Source: Ranitomeya imitator (lineage: Eukaryota). From it: a stretch of 64,000 bases of DNA. The position numbers were made by a program, and so were the translations under genes. The DNA is taken from NCBI RefSeq assembly GCF_032444005.1, contig NC_091283.1, positions 132,184,001 through 132,248,000 of the forward strand, written 5' to 3'. Every line of letters begins with the position of its first letter. Position 1 is the stretch's first letter. Below are positions 49,955 to 60,000 of the stretch, piece by piece. Below the pieces are notes generated by a model. The model was not told where the DNA came from and did not search any database. It saw only the letters and a program-made list of their open reading frames with translations.

Positions 49955-52900
49955 TGTTGTGAATTCTGTGGCTGAGTTCACTTCTGTGGTCACAAGTGGT
50001 ATTGCAGTCTCTGGGCTTCCTCCCTCAGGTGTTTTGGTGAGCTCGTTGGCTGCCTTGCTATTTAGCTCCACCTGAGTCTGTCTTCCTTGCTCCTTGTCAA
50101 TGTTCCAGTGTTGGATCTGAGCTACTGCATCTTTCCTTGGGCCTGCTGCTCTGCTAGATAAGTGCTTCTAGTTTGTTTTCTGTTTTTTCTGTCCAGCTTG
50201 TTATTATCTTTTGCTGGAAGCTCTGAGAAGCAAAGGGGTACACCGCCGTGCTGTTAGTTCGGCACGGTGGGTCTTTTTGCCCCTTTGCGTGGTTTTCGTT
50301 TTAGGGTTTTTTGTAGACTGCATAGTTCTCTTTGCTATCCTCGCTCTGTCTAGAATATCGGGCCTCACTTTGCTGAATCTATTTCATTCCTACGTTTGTC
50401 TTTTCATCTTGCTAACAGTCATTATATGTGGGGGCTGCCTATTCCTTTGGGGTATTTCTCTGAGGTAAGTCAGGCTTGTATTTCTATCTTCAGGCTAGTC
50501 AGCTCCTCAGGCAGTGCCGAGTTGCATAGGTAGTTGATAGGCGCAATCCACTGCTGCTTCCAGTTGTGTGAGGATAGATCAGGTACTGCAGTCTACAGAG
50601 ATTCCACGTCTCAGAGCTCGTCCTATTGTTTTGGGTTATTGCCAGATCTCTGTATGTGCGCTGATTACTGCACGCTGTGTTGCCTGATTGCCAGCCATAA
50701 CAGTACAAGGAGCCATTCAATGATTTCCAATAGAGGGAAAAAAGAAATCCTGACATCATTTTTTTTTCTTAGCTCTGTCTTCAGTCTTTTTTTTCCCCTA
50801 GACATTAGAGTGCTTCAGGACACAGCTGTGGACATGGATATTCAGGCTCTGTGCTCCTCAATGGATAATCTCGTTGTAAATGTACAAAAGATTCAAGATA
50901 CTATTGATCAGAAATCGATGCTAGAACCAAGAATTCCGATTCCTGATTTGTTTTTTGGTGACAGAACTAAGTTCCTGAGCTTCAGAAATAATTGTAAACT
51001 ATTTTTGGCCTTGAAACCTCATTCTTCTGGTAATCCTATTCAACAGGTTTTGATTATTATTTCTTTTTTGCGCGGCGACCCACAGGACTGGGCGTTTTCT
51101 CTTGCACCAGGAGATTCTGCATTGAGTAATGTTGATGCATTTTTCCAGGCGCTGGGATTGCTTTACGATGAGCCTAATTCAGTGGATCAAGCTGAGAAAA
51201 ATCTGCTGGCTTTATGCCAGGGTCAGGATGATGTAGAAGTATATTGTCAGAAATTTAGAAAATGGTCAGTACTCACTCTGTGGAATGAATCTGCACTAGC
51301 GGCTTTGTTCAAAAAGGGTCTCTCTGAAGCTCTTAAGGATGTAATGGTGGGATTTCCTATGCCTGCTGGTTTGAATGAGTCTATGTCCTTGGCCATTCAG
51401 ATCGGTCGTCGCTTGCGCGAGCGTAAATCTGTGCACCATCTGGCGGTATTGTCTGAGAGTAAGCCTGAGCCTATGCAGTGCGACAGGACTATGACTAAAG
51501 TAGAACGGCACGAACACAGACGTCTGAACAGACTGTGTTTCTATTGTGGTGATTCTACTCATGCTATTTCTAATTGTCCTAAACGCACTAGGCGGTTCGA
51601 TAGCTCTGCCGTTATTGGTACTGTACAGTCCAAATTCCTTTTGTCCATTACCTTAATGTGCTCTTTGTCATCATATTCTGTCATGGCGTTTGTGGATTCA
51701 GGCGCTGCCCTGAATCTGATGGATTTGGATTATGCTAAACGTTGTGGATTTTTCTTGGAGCCTTTGCGGTGTCCTATTCCGTTGAGAGGAATTGATGCTA
51801 CACCTCTGGCCAAGAATAAGCCTCAGTACTGGGCCCAGCTGACCATGTGCATGGCTCCTGCACATCAGGAAGTTATTCGCTTTTTGGTACTGCATAATTT
51901 GCATGATGTGGTCGTGTTGGGGTTGCCATGGCTACAAACCCATAATCCAGTATTGGATTGGAACTCTATGTCGGTAACCAGCTGGGGTTGTCAGGGAGTA
52001 CATGGTGATGTTCCATTTTTGTCTATTTCGTCATCCATTCCTTCTGACATCCCAGAGTTCTTGTCGGACTTTCAGGATGTATTTGAAGAGTCCAAGTCTG
52101 ATGCCCTTCCTCCGCATAGGAATTGTGATTGTGCTATCGATTTGATTCCTGGTAGTAAATTCCCTAAGGGTCGTTTATTTAATTTGTCCGTACCTGAACA
52201 CACCGCTATGCGCAGTTATGTGAAGGAGTCCCTGGAGAAGGGACATATTCGCCCATCGTCGTCACCATTGGGAGCAGGGTTCTTTTTTGTAGCCAAGAAG
52301 GATGGTTCGCTAAGACCGTGTATTGATTACCGCCTTCTTAATAAGATCACTGTTAAGTTTCAGTATCCCTTGCCATTGATTTCTGACTTGTTTGCTCGGA
52401 TTAAGGGGGCTAGTTGGTTTACTAAGATTGATCTTCGTGGTGCGTATAATCTGGTGAGAATCAGGCAGGGAGATGAATGGAAAACGGCATTTAATACGCC
52501 CGAGGGTCATTTTGAGTATCTGGTGATGCCGTTCGGACTTGCCAATGCTCCATCTGTTTTTCAGTCTTTTATGCATGACATTTTCCGTGAGTATCTGGAT
52601 AAATTCCTGATTGTTTACTTGGATGACATTTTGATCTTCTCAGATGATTGGGAGTCTCATGTGAAGCAAGTCAGAATGGTTTTCCAGGTACTGCGTGCTA
52701 ATTCCTTGTTCGTGAAGGGATCAAAGTGTCTCTTCGGTGTGCAGAAAGTTTCATTTTTGGGGTTCATCTTTTCCCCTTCTACTATCGAGATGGATCCGGT
52801 TAAGGTTCAGGCCATCCAGGATTGGACTCAGCCGACATCTCTAAAAAGTTTGCAGAAATTCCTGGGCTTTGCTAATTTTTATCGTCGCTTCATCTGTAAT

Positions 52901-55642
52901 TTTTCTAGCATTGCCAGACCATTGACCGATTTGACCAAGAAGGGTGCTGATTTGGTTAATTGGTCTTCTGCTGCCGTGGAAGCTTTTCAGGAGTTGAAGC
53001 GTCGTTTTTGCTGTGCCCCTGTGTTGTGTCAACCTGATGTTTCTCTTCCGTTCCAGGTCGAGGTTGATGCTTCTGAGATTGGTGCAGGGGCGGTTTTGTC
53101 ACAGAGAGGTTCTGGTTGCTCAGTGTTCAAACCATGTGCTTTCTTTTCCAGGAAATTTTCTGCTGCTGAGCGTAATTATGATGTGGGCAACCGAGAGTTG
53201 CTGGCCATGAAGTGGGCATTCGAGGAGTGGCGTCATTGGCTTGAGGGTGCTAAGCATCGCGTGGTGGTTTTGACTGATCATAAGAACCTTACTTATCTTG
53301 AGTCTGCCAAGCGCTTGAATCCTAGACAGGCCCGTTGGTCGTTATTTTTTGCTCGTTTTGATTTTGTGATTTCATACCTTCCGGGCTCTAAAAATGTGAA
53401 GGCGGATGCTCTGTCTAGGAGTTTTGTGCCCGACTCTCCGGGGTTATCTGAGCCGGCGAGTATCCTCAAGGAAGGAGTCATTGTGTCTGCCATCTCCCCT
53501 GATTTGCGGAGAGTGTTGCAGAAATTTCAGGCTAATAAACCTGATCGTTGTCCGGCCGAGAAACTGTTCGTCCCTGATAGGTGGACTAGTAAAGTTATCT
53601 CTGAACTTCATTGTTCGGTGCTGGCCGGTCATCCAGGAATCTTTGGTACCAGGGAGTTGGTTGCTAGATCCTTCTGGTGGCCATCTCTGTCACGGGATGT
53701 GCGTGCTTTTGTGCAGTCCTGTGGAATTTGTGCTAGGGCTAAGCCCTGCTGTTCACGTGCCAGTGGGTTGCTTTTGCCCTTGCCGGTCCCGAAGAGGCCT
53801 TGGACACATATTTCGATGGATTTCATTTCTGACCTTCCCGTTTCTCAAAAGATGTCTGTCATTTGGGTGGTCTGTGATCGCTTTTCTAAAATGGTCCATC
53901 TGGTGCCCTTGGTTAAATTGCCTTCCTCCTCTGATTTGGTGCCTTTGTTCTTCCAGCATGTGGTTCGTTTACATGGCATTCCTGAGAATATTGTTTCTGA
54001 CAGAGGTTCCCAGTTTGTCTCGAGGTTCTGGCGAGCCTTTTGTGGTAGGATGGGCATTGACCTATCTTTTTCCTCGGCCTTCCATCCTCAGACTAATGGC
54101 CAGACCGAACGAACCAATCAGACCTTGGAAACATATCTGAGATGTTTTGTTTCCGCTGACCAGGATGATTGGGTGTCATTTTTGCCGTTGGCTGAGTTCG
54201 CCCTTAATAATCGGGCCAGCTCGGCTACCTTGGTCTCTCCATTTTTCTGCAATTCTGGGTTCCATCCTCGTTTCTCTTCAGGACAGGTTGAGTCTTCGGA
54301 CTGTCCTGGTGTGGATTATGTGGTGGACAGGTTGCAGCAGATCTGGACTCAGGTAGTGGACAATTTGACCTTGTCCCAGGAGAAGGCTCAGCTTTTCGCT
54401 AATCGCAGACGCCGTGTGGGACCCCGACTTCGTGTTGGGGATCTGGTTTGGTTATCTTCTCGTCATATACCTATGAAGGTTTCCTCTCCTAAATTTAAAC
54501 CTCGTTTTATTGGTCCGTATAGGATTTCTGAGATTCTCAATCCGGTGTCTTTTCGTCTGACCCTCCCAGACTCCTTTTCCATACATAATGTATTCCATAG
54601 GTCGTTGTTGAGGAGATACGTGGCACCTATGGTTCCATCTGTGGAGCCTCCTGCCCCTGTTTTGGTGGAGGGGGAATTGGAGTATATTGTGGAGAAGATT
54701 TTGGATTCTCGTGTCTCTAGACGGAAACTCCAGTATCTGGTCAAATGGAAGGGTTATGCTCAGGAAGATAATTCCTGGGTTTTTGCCTCTGATGTCCATG
54801 CCCCAGATCTTGTTCGTGCCTTTCATGTGGCTCATCCTGGTCGGCCTGGGGGTTCTGGTGAGGGTTCGGTGACCCCTCCTCAAGGGGGGGGTACTGTTGT
54901 GAATTCTGTGGCTGAGTTCACTTCTGTGGTCACAAGTGGTATTGCAGTCTCTGGGCTTCCTCCCTCAGGTGTTTTGGTGAGCTCGTTGGCTGCCTTGCTA
55001 TTTAGCTCCACCTGAGTCTGTCTTCCTTGCTCCTTGTCAATGTTCCAGTGTTGGATCTGAGCTACTGCATCTTTCCTTGGGCCTGCTGCTCTGCTAGATA
55101 AGTGCTTCTAGTTTGTTTTCTGTTTTTTCTGTCCAGCTTGTTATTATCTTTTGCTGGAAGCTCTGAGAAGCAAAGGGGTGCACCGCCGTGCTGTTAGTTC
55201 GGCACGGTGGGTCTTTTTGCCCCTTTGCGTGGTTTTCGTTTTAGGGTTTTTTGTAGACTGCATAGTTCTCTTTGCTATCCTCGCTCTGTCTAGAATATCG
55301 GGCCTCACTTTGCTGAATCTATTTCATTCCTATGTTTGTCTTTTCATCTTGCTAACAGTCATTATATGTGGGGGCTGCCTATTCCTTTGGGGTATTTCTC
55401 TGAGGTAAGTCAGGCTTGTATTTCTATCTTCAGGCTAGTCAGCTCCTCAGGCAGTGCCGAGTTGCATAGGTAGTTGATAGGCGCAATCCACTGCTGCTTC
55501 CAGTTGTGTGAGGATAGATCAGGTACTGCAGTCTACAGAGATTCCACGTCTCAGAGCTCGTCCTATTGTTTTGGGTTATTGCCAGATCTCTGTATGTGCG
55601 CTGATTACTGCACGCTGTGTTGCCTGATTGCCAGCCATAACA
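49955..55642 (+). mobile_element. Full-length chromoviral Gypsy (sushi/Tf1-like) LTR retrotransposon, copy A
   Basis: 748-bp LTRs 49955-50702 and 54895-55642 (TG..CA; I see 2 differences). PPT AAGGGGGGGG before the 3' LTR; AAAAAC on both flanks. Confidence 0.97.
50834..55015 (+). CDS. Gag-Pol polyprotein (Gag-CCHC, protease, RT, RNase H, integrase, chromodomain), single ORF, 1393 aa
   Basis: CFYCGDSTHAISNC, FVDSGA, YLDDILI, HCSVLAGHPG..CGIC, SMDFI..DRFSK, EYIVEKILDSR..YLVKWKGY; no stop or frameshift. Confidence 0.95.
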   Translation: MDIQALCSSMDNLVVNVQKIQDTIDQKSMLEPRIPIPDLFFGDRTKFLSFRNNCKLFLALKPHSSGNPIQQVLIIISFLRGDPQDWAFSLAPGDSALSNVDAFFQALGLLYDEPNSVDQAEKNLLALCQGQDDVEVYCQKFRKWSVLTLWNESALAALFKKGLSEALKDVMVGFPMPAGLNESMSLAIQIGRRLRERKSVHHLAVLSESKPEPMQCDRTMTKVERHEHRRLNRLCFYCGDSTHAISNCPKRTRRFDSSAVIGTVQSKFLLSITLMCSLSSYSVMAFVDSGAALNLMDLDYAKRCGFFLEPLRCPIPLRGIDATPLAKNKPQYWAQLTMCMAPAHQEVIRFLVLHNLHDVVVLGLPWLQTHNPVLDWNSMSVTSWGCQGVHGDVPFLSISSSIPSDIPEFLSDFQDVFEESKSDALPPHRNCDCAIDLIPGSKFPKGRLFNLSVPEHTAMRSYVKESLEKGHIRPSSSPLGAGFFFVAKKDGSLRPCIDYRLLNKITVKFQYPLPLISDLFARIKGASWFTKIDLRGAYNLVRIRQGDEWKTAFNTPEGHFEYLVMPFGLANAPSVFQSFMHDIFREYLDKFLIVYLDDILIFSDDWESHVKQVRMVFQVLRANSLFVKGSKCLFGVQKVSFLGFIFSPSTIEMDPVKVQAIQDWTQPTSLKSLQKFLGFANFYRRFICNFSSIARPLTDLTKKGADLVNWSSAAVEAFQELKRRFCCAPVLCQPDVSLPFQVEVDASEIGAGAVLSQRGSGCSVFKPCAFFSRKFSAAERNYDVGNRELLAMKWAFEEWRHWLEGAKHRVVVLTDHKNLTYLESAKRLNPRQARWSLFFARFDFVISYLPGSKNVKADALSRSFVPDSPGLSEPASILKEGVIVSAISPDLRRVLQKFQANKPDRCPAEKLFVPDRWTSKVISELHCSVLAGHPGIFGTRELVARSFWWPSLSRDVRAFVQSCGICARAKPCCSRASGLLLPLPVPKRPWTHISMDFISDLPVSQKMSVIWVVCDRFSKMVHLVPLVKLPSSSDLVPLFFQHVVRLHGIPENIVSDRGSQFVSRFWRAFCGRMGIDLSFSSAFHPQTNGQTERTNQTLETYLRCFVSADQDDWVSFLPLAEFALNNRASSATLVSPFFCNSGFHPRFSSGQVESSDCPGVDYVVDRLQQIWTQVVDNLTLSQEKAQLFANRRRRVGPRLRVGDLVWLSSRHIPMKVSSPKFKPRFIGPYRISEILNPVSFRLTLPDSFSIHNVFHRSLLRRYVAPMVPSVEPPAPVLVEGELEYIVEKILDSRVSRRKLQYLVKWKGYAQEDNSWVFASDVHAPDLVRAFHVAHPGRPGGSGEGSVTPPQGGGTVVNSVAEFTSVVTSGIAVSGLPPSGVLVSSLAALLFSST

Positions 55643-57019
55643 AAAAACAATGGGAGAATGAGGTGCTGCAAGTGCAGCTTCTGTGACTAACGGTGATGTC
55701 ATCGAAGTTGCCACAGGACTCTGAGGCTGAGGTCTGATCTTCACTTCACTGTGAGCAAGGATGATGAACTGCGGTGACCACAATGAGATCATTATGAGCA
55801 TAGTGAGAATTTGACTGCTGAATCATGATATAGTGAGTTGGTGATATTCAAATGAGAAACATTTTAATTTTAACAATGATAGTATTTTTTTTGTCATTTT
55901 GCTTTAGAAATCACTTGTCTTTCCACTTGTTCGCTCTGCTAATGACTAGCATGCGGCTGTTTACAGGAGGGAATAAAACGTTGACAAACTAAAGTTCTTA
56001 CCACATTATAAAACAAAGTGACCAATATTTTATTCCTTCAGACTCCATTTTGATTCCTAGCTATCATTCCACATTTTGTTCCTACTGTACTTTTCTATCA
56101 ATCCCATAATACATCAGTACAGTTTCACATTGGAAGAAAGATTGGCCTGCTAAGAGGATATTGTTATTATTGTTATAACCTACCTTATTTAGAAGAATGT
56201 AAAGTAAGCAGTCAAGGAGGCTGAATTGTCATTAAAACTATGTGACAGGAGCTGTAGAATCATCACCATTACCTGTGATAGGAGTTTCTGTGCCTCCTTT
56301 GTGGAAACAAATATTAGGTTCAGCCAATACAGGATCATCATACAGTACAGACCAAAAGTTTGGACACACCTTCTCATTTAAAGATTTTTCTGTATTTTCA
56401 TCACTATGAAAGTTGTACATTCACACTGAAGGCATCAAAACTATGAATTAACACATGTGGAATTAAATACTTAACAAAAAAGTATGAAACAACTGAAATT
56501 ATGTCTTATATTCTAGGTTCTTCAAAGTAGCCACCTTTTGCTTTGATGACTGCTTTGCACACTCTTGGCATTCTCTTGATGAGCTTCAAGAGGAAGTCAC
56601 CGGGAATGGTCTTCCAACAATCTTGAAGGAGTTTCCAGAGATGCTTAACACTTGTTGGCCCTTTTGCCTTCACTCTGCGGTGCAGCTCACCCCAAACCAT
56701 CTCGATTGGGTTCAGGTCTAGTGACTGTGGAGGCCAGGTCATCTGGCATAGCACCCCATCACTCTCCTTCTTGGTCAAATAGCCCTTACACAGCCTGGAG
56801 GTGTGTTTGGGGTCATTGTCCTGTTGAAAAATAAATGATGGTCCAACTAAATGCAAACTGGATGGAATAGCATGCCGCTGCAAGATGCTGTGGTAGCCAT
56901 GCTGGTTCAGTATGCCTTCAATTTTGAATAAATCCCCAACAGTGTCACCAGCAAAGCACCATCACACCTCCTCCTCCATGCTTCACAGTAAGAACCAGGC
57001 ATGTAGAGTCCATCTGTTC

Positions 57020-60000
57020 TGTTATGGCTGGCAATCAGGCAACACAGCGTGCAGTAATCAGCGCACATACAGAGATCTGGCAAAAACCAAAAACAATAGG
57101 ATGAGCTCTGAGACGTGGAATCTCTGTAGACTGCAGTACCTGAACTATCCTCACACAACTATAAGCAGCAGTGGATTGCGCCTATCACTACCTATGCAAC
57201 TCGGCACTGCCTGAGGAGCTGACTAGCCTGAAGATAGAAATACAAGCCTGACTTACCTCAGAGAAATACCCCAAAGGAACAGGCAGCCCCCCACATATAA
57301 TGACTGTTAGCAAGATGAAAAGACAAACGTAGGAATGAAATAGATTCAGCAAAGTGAGGCCCGATATTCTAGACAGAGCGAGGATAGCAAAGAGAACTAT
57401 GCAGTCTACCAAAAACCCTAAAACGAAAACCACGCAAAGGGGCAAAAAGACCCACCGTGCCGAACTAACAGCACGGCGGTGCACCCCTTTGCTTCTCAGA
57501 GCTTCCAGCAAAAGTTAATAGCAAGCTGGACAGAAAAAACAGAAAACAAACTAGAAGCACTTATCTAGCAGAGCTGCAGGCCCAAGGAAAGATGCAGTAG
57601 CTCAGATCCAACACTGGAACATTGACAAGGAGCAAGGAAGACAGACTCAGGTGGAGCTAAATAGCAAGGCAGCCAACGAGCTCACCAAAACACCTGAGGG
57701 AGGAAGCCCAGAGACTGCAATACCACTTGTGACCACAGAAGTGAACTCAGCCACAGAATTCACAACAGTACCCCCCCCTTGAGGAGGGGTCACCGAACCC
57801 TCACCAGAACCCCCAGGCCGACCAGGATGAGCCACATGAAAGGCACGAACAAGATCTGGGGCATGGACATCAGAGGCAAAAACCCAGGAATTATCTTCCT
57901 GAGCGTAACCCTTCCATATGACCAGATACTGGAGTTTCCGTCTAGAGACACGAGAATCCAAAATCTTCTCCACAATATACTCCAATTCCCCCTCCACCAA
58001 AACAGGGGCAGGAGGCTCCACAGATGGAACCATAGGTGCCACGTATCTCCTCAACAACGACCTATGGAATACATTATGTATGGAAAAGGAGTCTGGGAGG
58101 GTCAGACGAAAAGACACCGGATTGAGAATCTCAGAAATCCTATACGGACCAATAAAACGAGGTTTAAATTTAGGAGAGGAAACCTTCATAGGAATATGAC
58201 GAGAAGATAACCAAACCAGATCCCCAACACGAAGTCGGGGTCCCACACGGCGTCTGCGATTAGCGAAAAGCTGAGCCTTCTCCTGGGACAAGGTCAAATT
58301 GTCCACTACCTGAGTCCAGATCTGCTGCAACCTGTCCACCACAGAATCCACACCAGGACAGTCCGAAGACTCAACCTGTCCTGAAGAGAAACGAGGATGG
58401 AACCCAGAATTGCAGAAAAATGGAGAGACCAAGGTAGCCGAGCTGGCCCGATTATTAAGGGCGAACTCAGCCAACGGCAAAAATGACACCCAATCATCCT
58501 GGTCAGCGGAAACAAAACATCTCAGATATGTTTCCAAGGTCTGATTGGTTCGTTCGGTCTGGCCATTAGTCTGAGGATGGAAGGCCGAGGAGAAAGATAG
58601 GTCAATGCCCATCCTACCACAAAAGGCTCGCCAGAACCTCGAGACAAACTGGGAACCTCTGTCAGAAACAATATTCTCAGGAATGCCATGTAAACGAACC
58701 ACATGCTGGAAGAACAAAGGCACCAAATCAGAGGAGGAAGGCAATTTAACCAAGGGCACCAGATGGACCATTTTAGAAAAGCGATCACAGACCACCCAAA
58801 TGACCGACATTTTTTGAGAAACGGGAAGGTCAGAAATGAAATCCATCGAAATATGTGTCCAAGGCCTCTTCGGGACCGGCAAGGGCAAAAGCAACCCACT
58901 GGCACGTGAACAGCAGGGCTTAGCCCTAGCACAAATTCCACAGGACTGCACAAAAGCACGCACATCCCGTGACAGAGATGGCCACCAGAAGGATCTAGCA
59001 ACCAACTCCCTGGTACCAAAGATTCCTGGATGACCGGCCAGCACCGAACAATGAAGTTCAGAGATAACTTTACTAGTCCACCTATCAGGGACGAACAGTT
59101 TCTCGGCCGGACAACGATCAGGTTTATTAGCCTGAAATTTCTGCAACACTCTCCGCAAATCAGGGGAGATGGCAGACACAATGACTCCTTCCTTGAGGAT
59201 ACTCGCCGGCTCAGATAACCCCGGAGAGTCGGGCACAAAACTCCTAGACAGAGCATCCGCCTTCACATTTTTAGAGCCCGGAAGGTATGAAATCACAAAA
59301 TCAAAACGAGCAAAAAATAACGACCAACGGGCCTGTCTAGGATTCAAGCGCTTGGCAGACTCAAGATAAGTAAGGTTCTTATGATCAGTCAATACCACCA
59401 CGCGATGCTTAGCACCCTCAAGCCAATGACGCCACTCCTCGAATGCCCACTTCATGGCCAGCAACTCTCGGTTGCCCACATCATAATTACGCTCAGCAGC
59501 AGAAAATTTCCTGGAAAAGAAAGCACATGGTTTGAACACTGAGCAACCAGAACCTCTCTGTGACAAAACCGCCCCTGCACCAATCTCAGAAGCATCAACC
59601 TCGACCTGGAACGGAAGAGAAACATCAGGTTGACACAACACAGGGGCACAGCAAAAACGACGCTTCAACTCCTGAAAAGCTTCCACGGCAGCAGAAGACC
59701 AATTAACCAAATCAGCACCCTTCTTGGTCAAATCGGTCAATGGTCTGGCAATGCTAGAAAAATTACAGATGAAGCGACGATAAAAATTAGCAAAGCCCAG
59801 GAATTTCTGCAGACTTTTTAGAGATGTCGGCTGAGTCCAATCCTGGATGGCCTGAACCTTAACCGGATCCATCTCGATAGTAGAAGGGGAAAAGATGAAC
59901 CCCAAAAATGAAACTTTCTGCACACCGAAGAGACACTTTGATCCCTTCACGAACAAGGAATTAGCACGCAGTACCTGGAAAACCATTCTGACTTGCTTCA

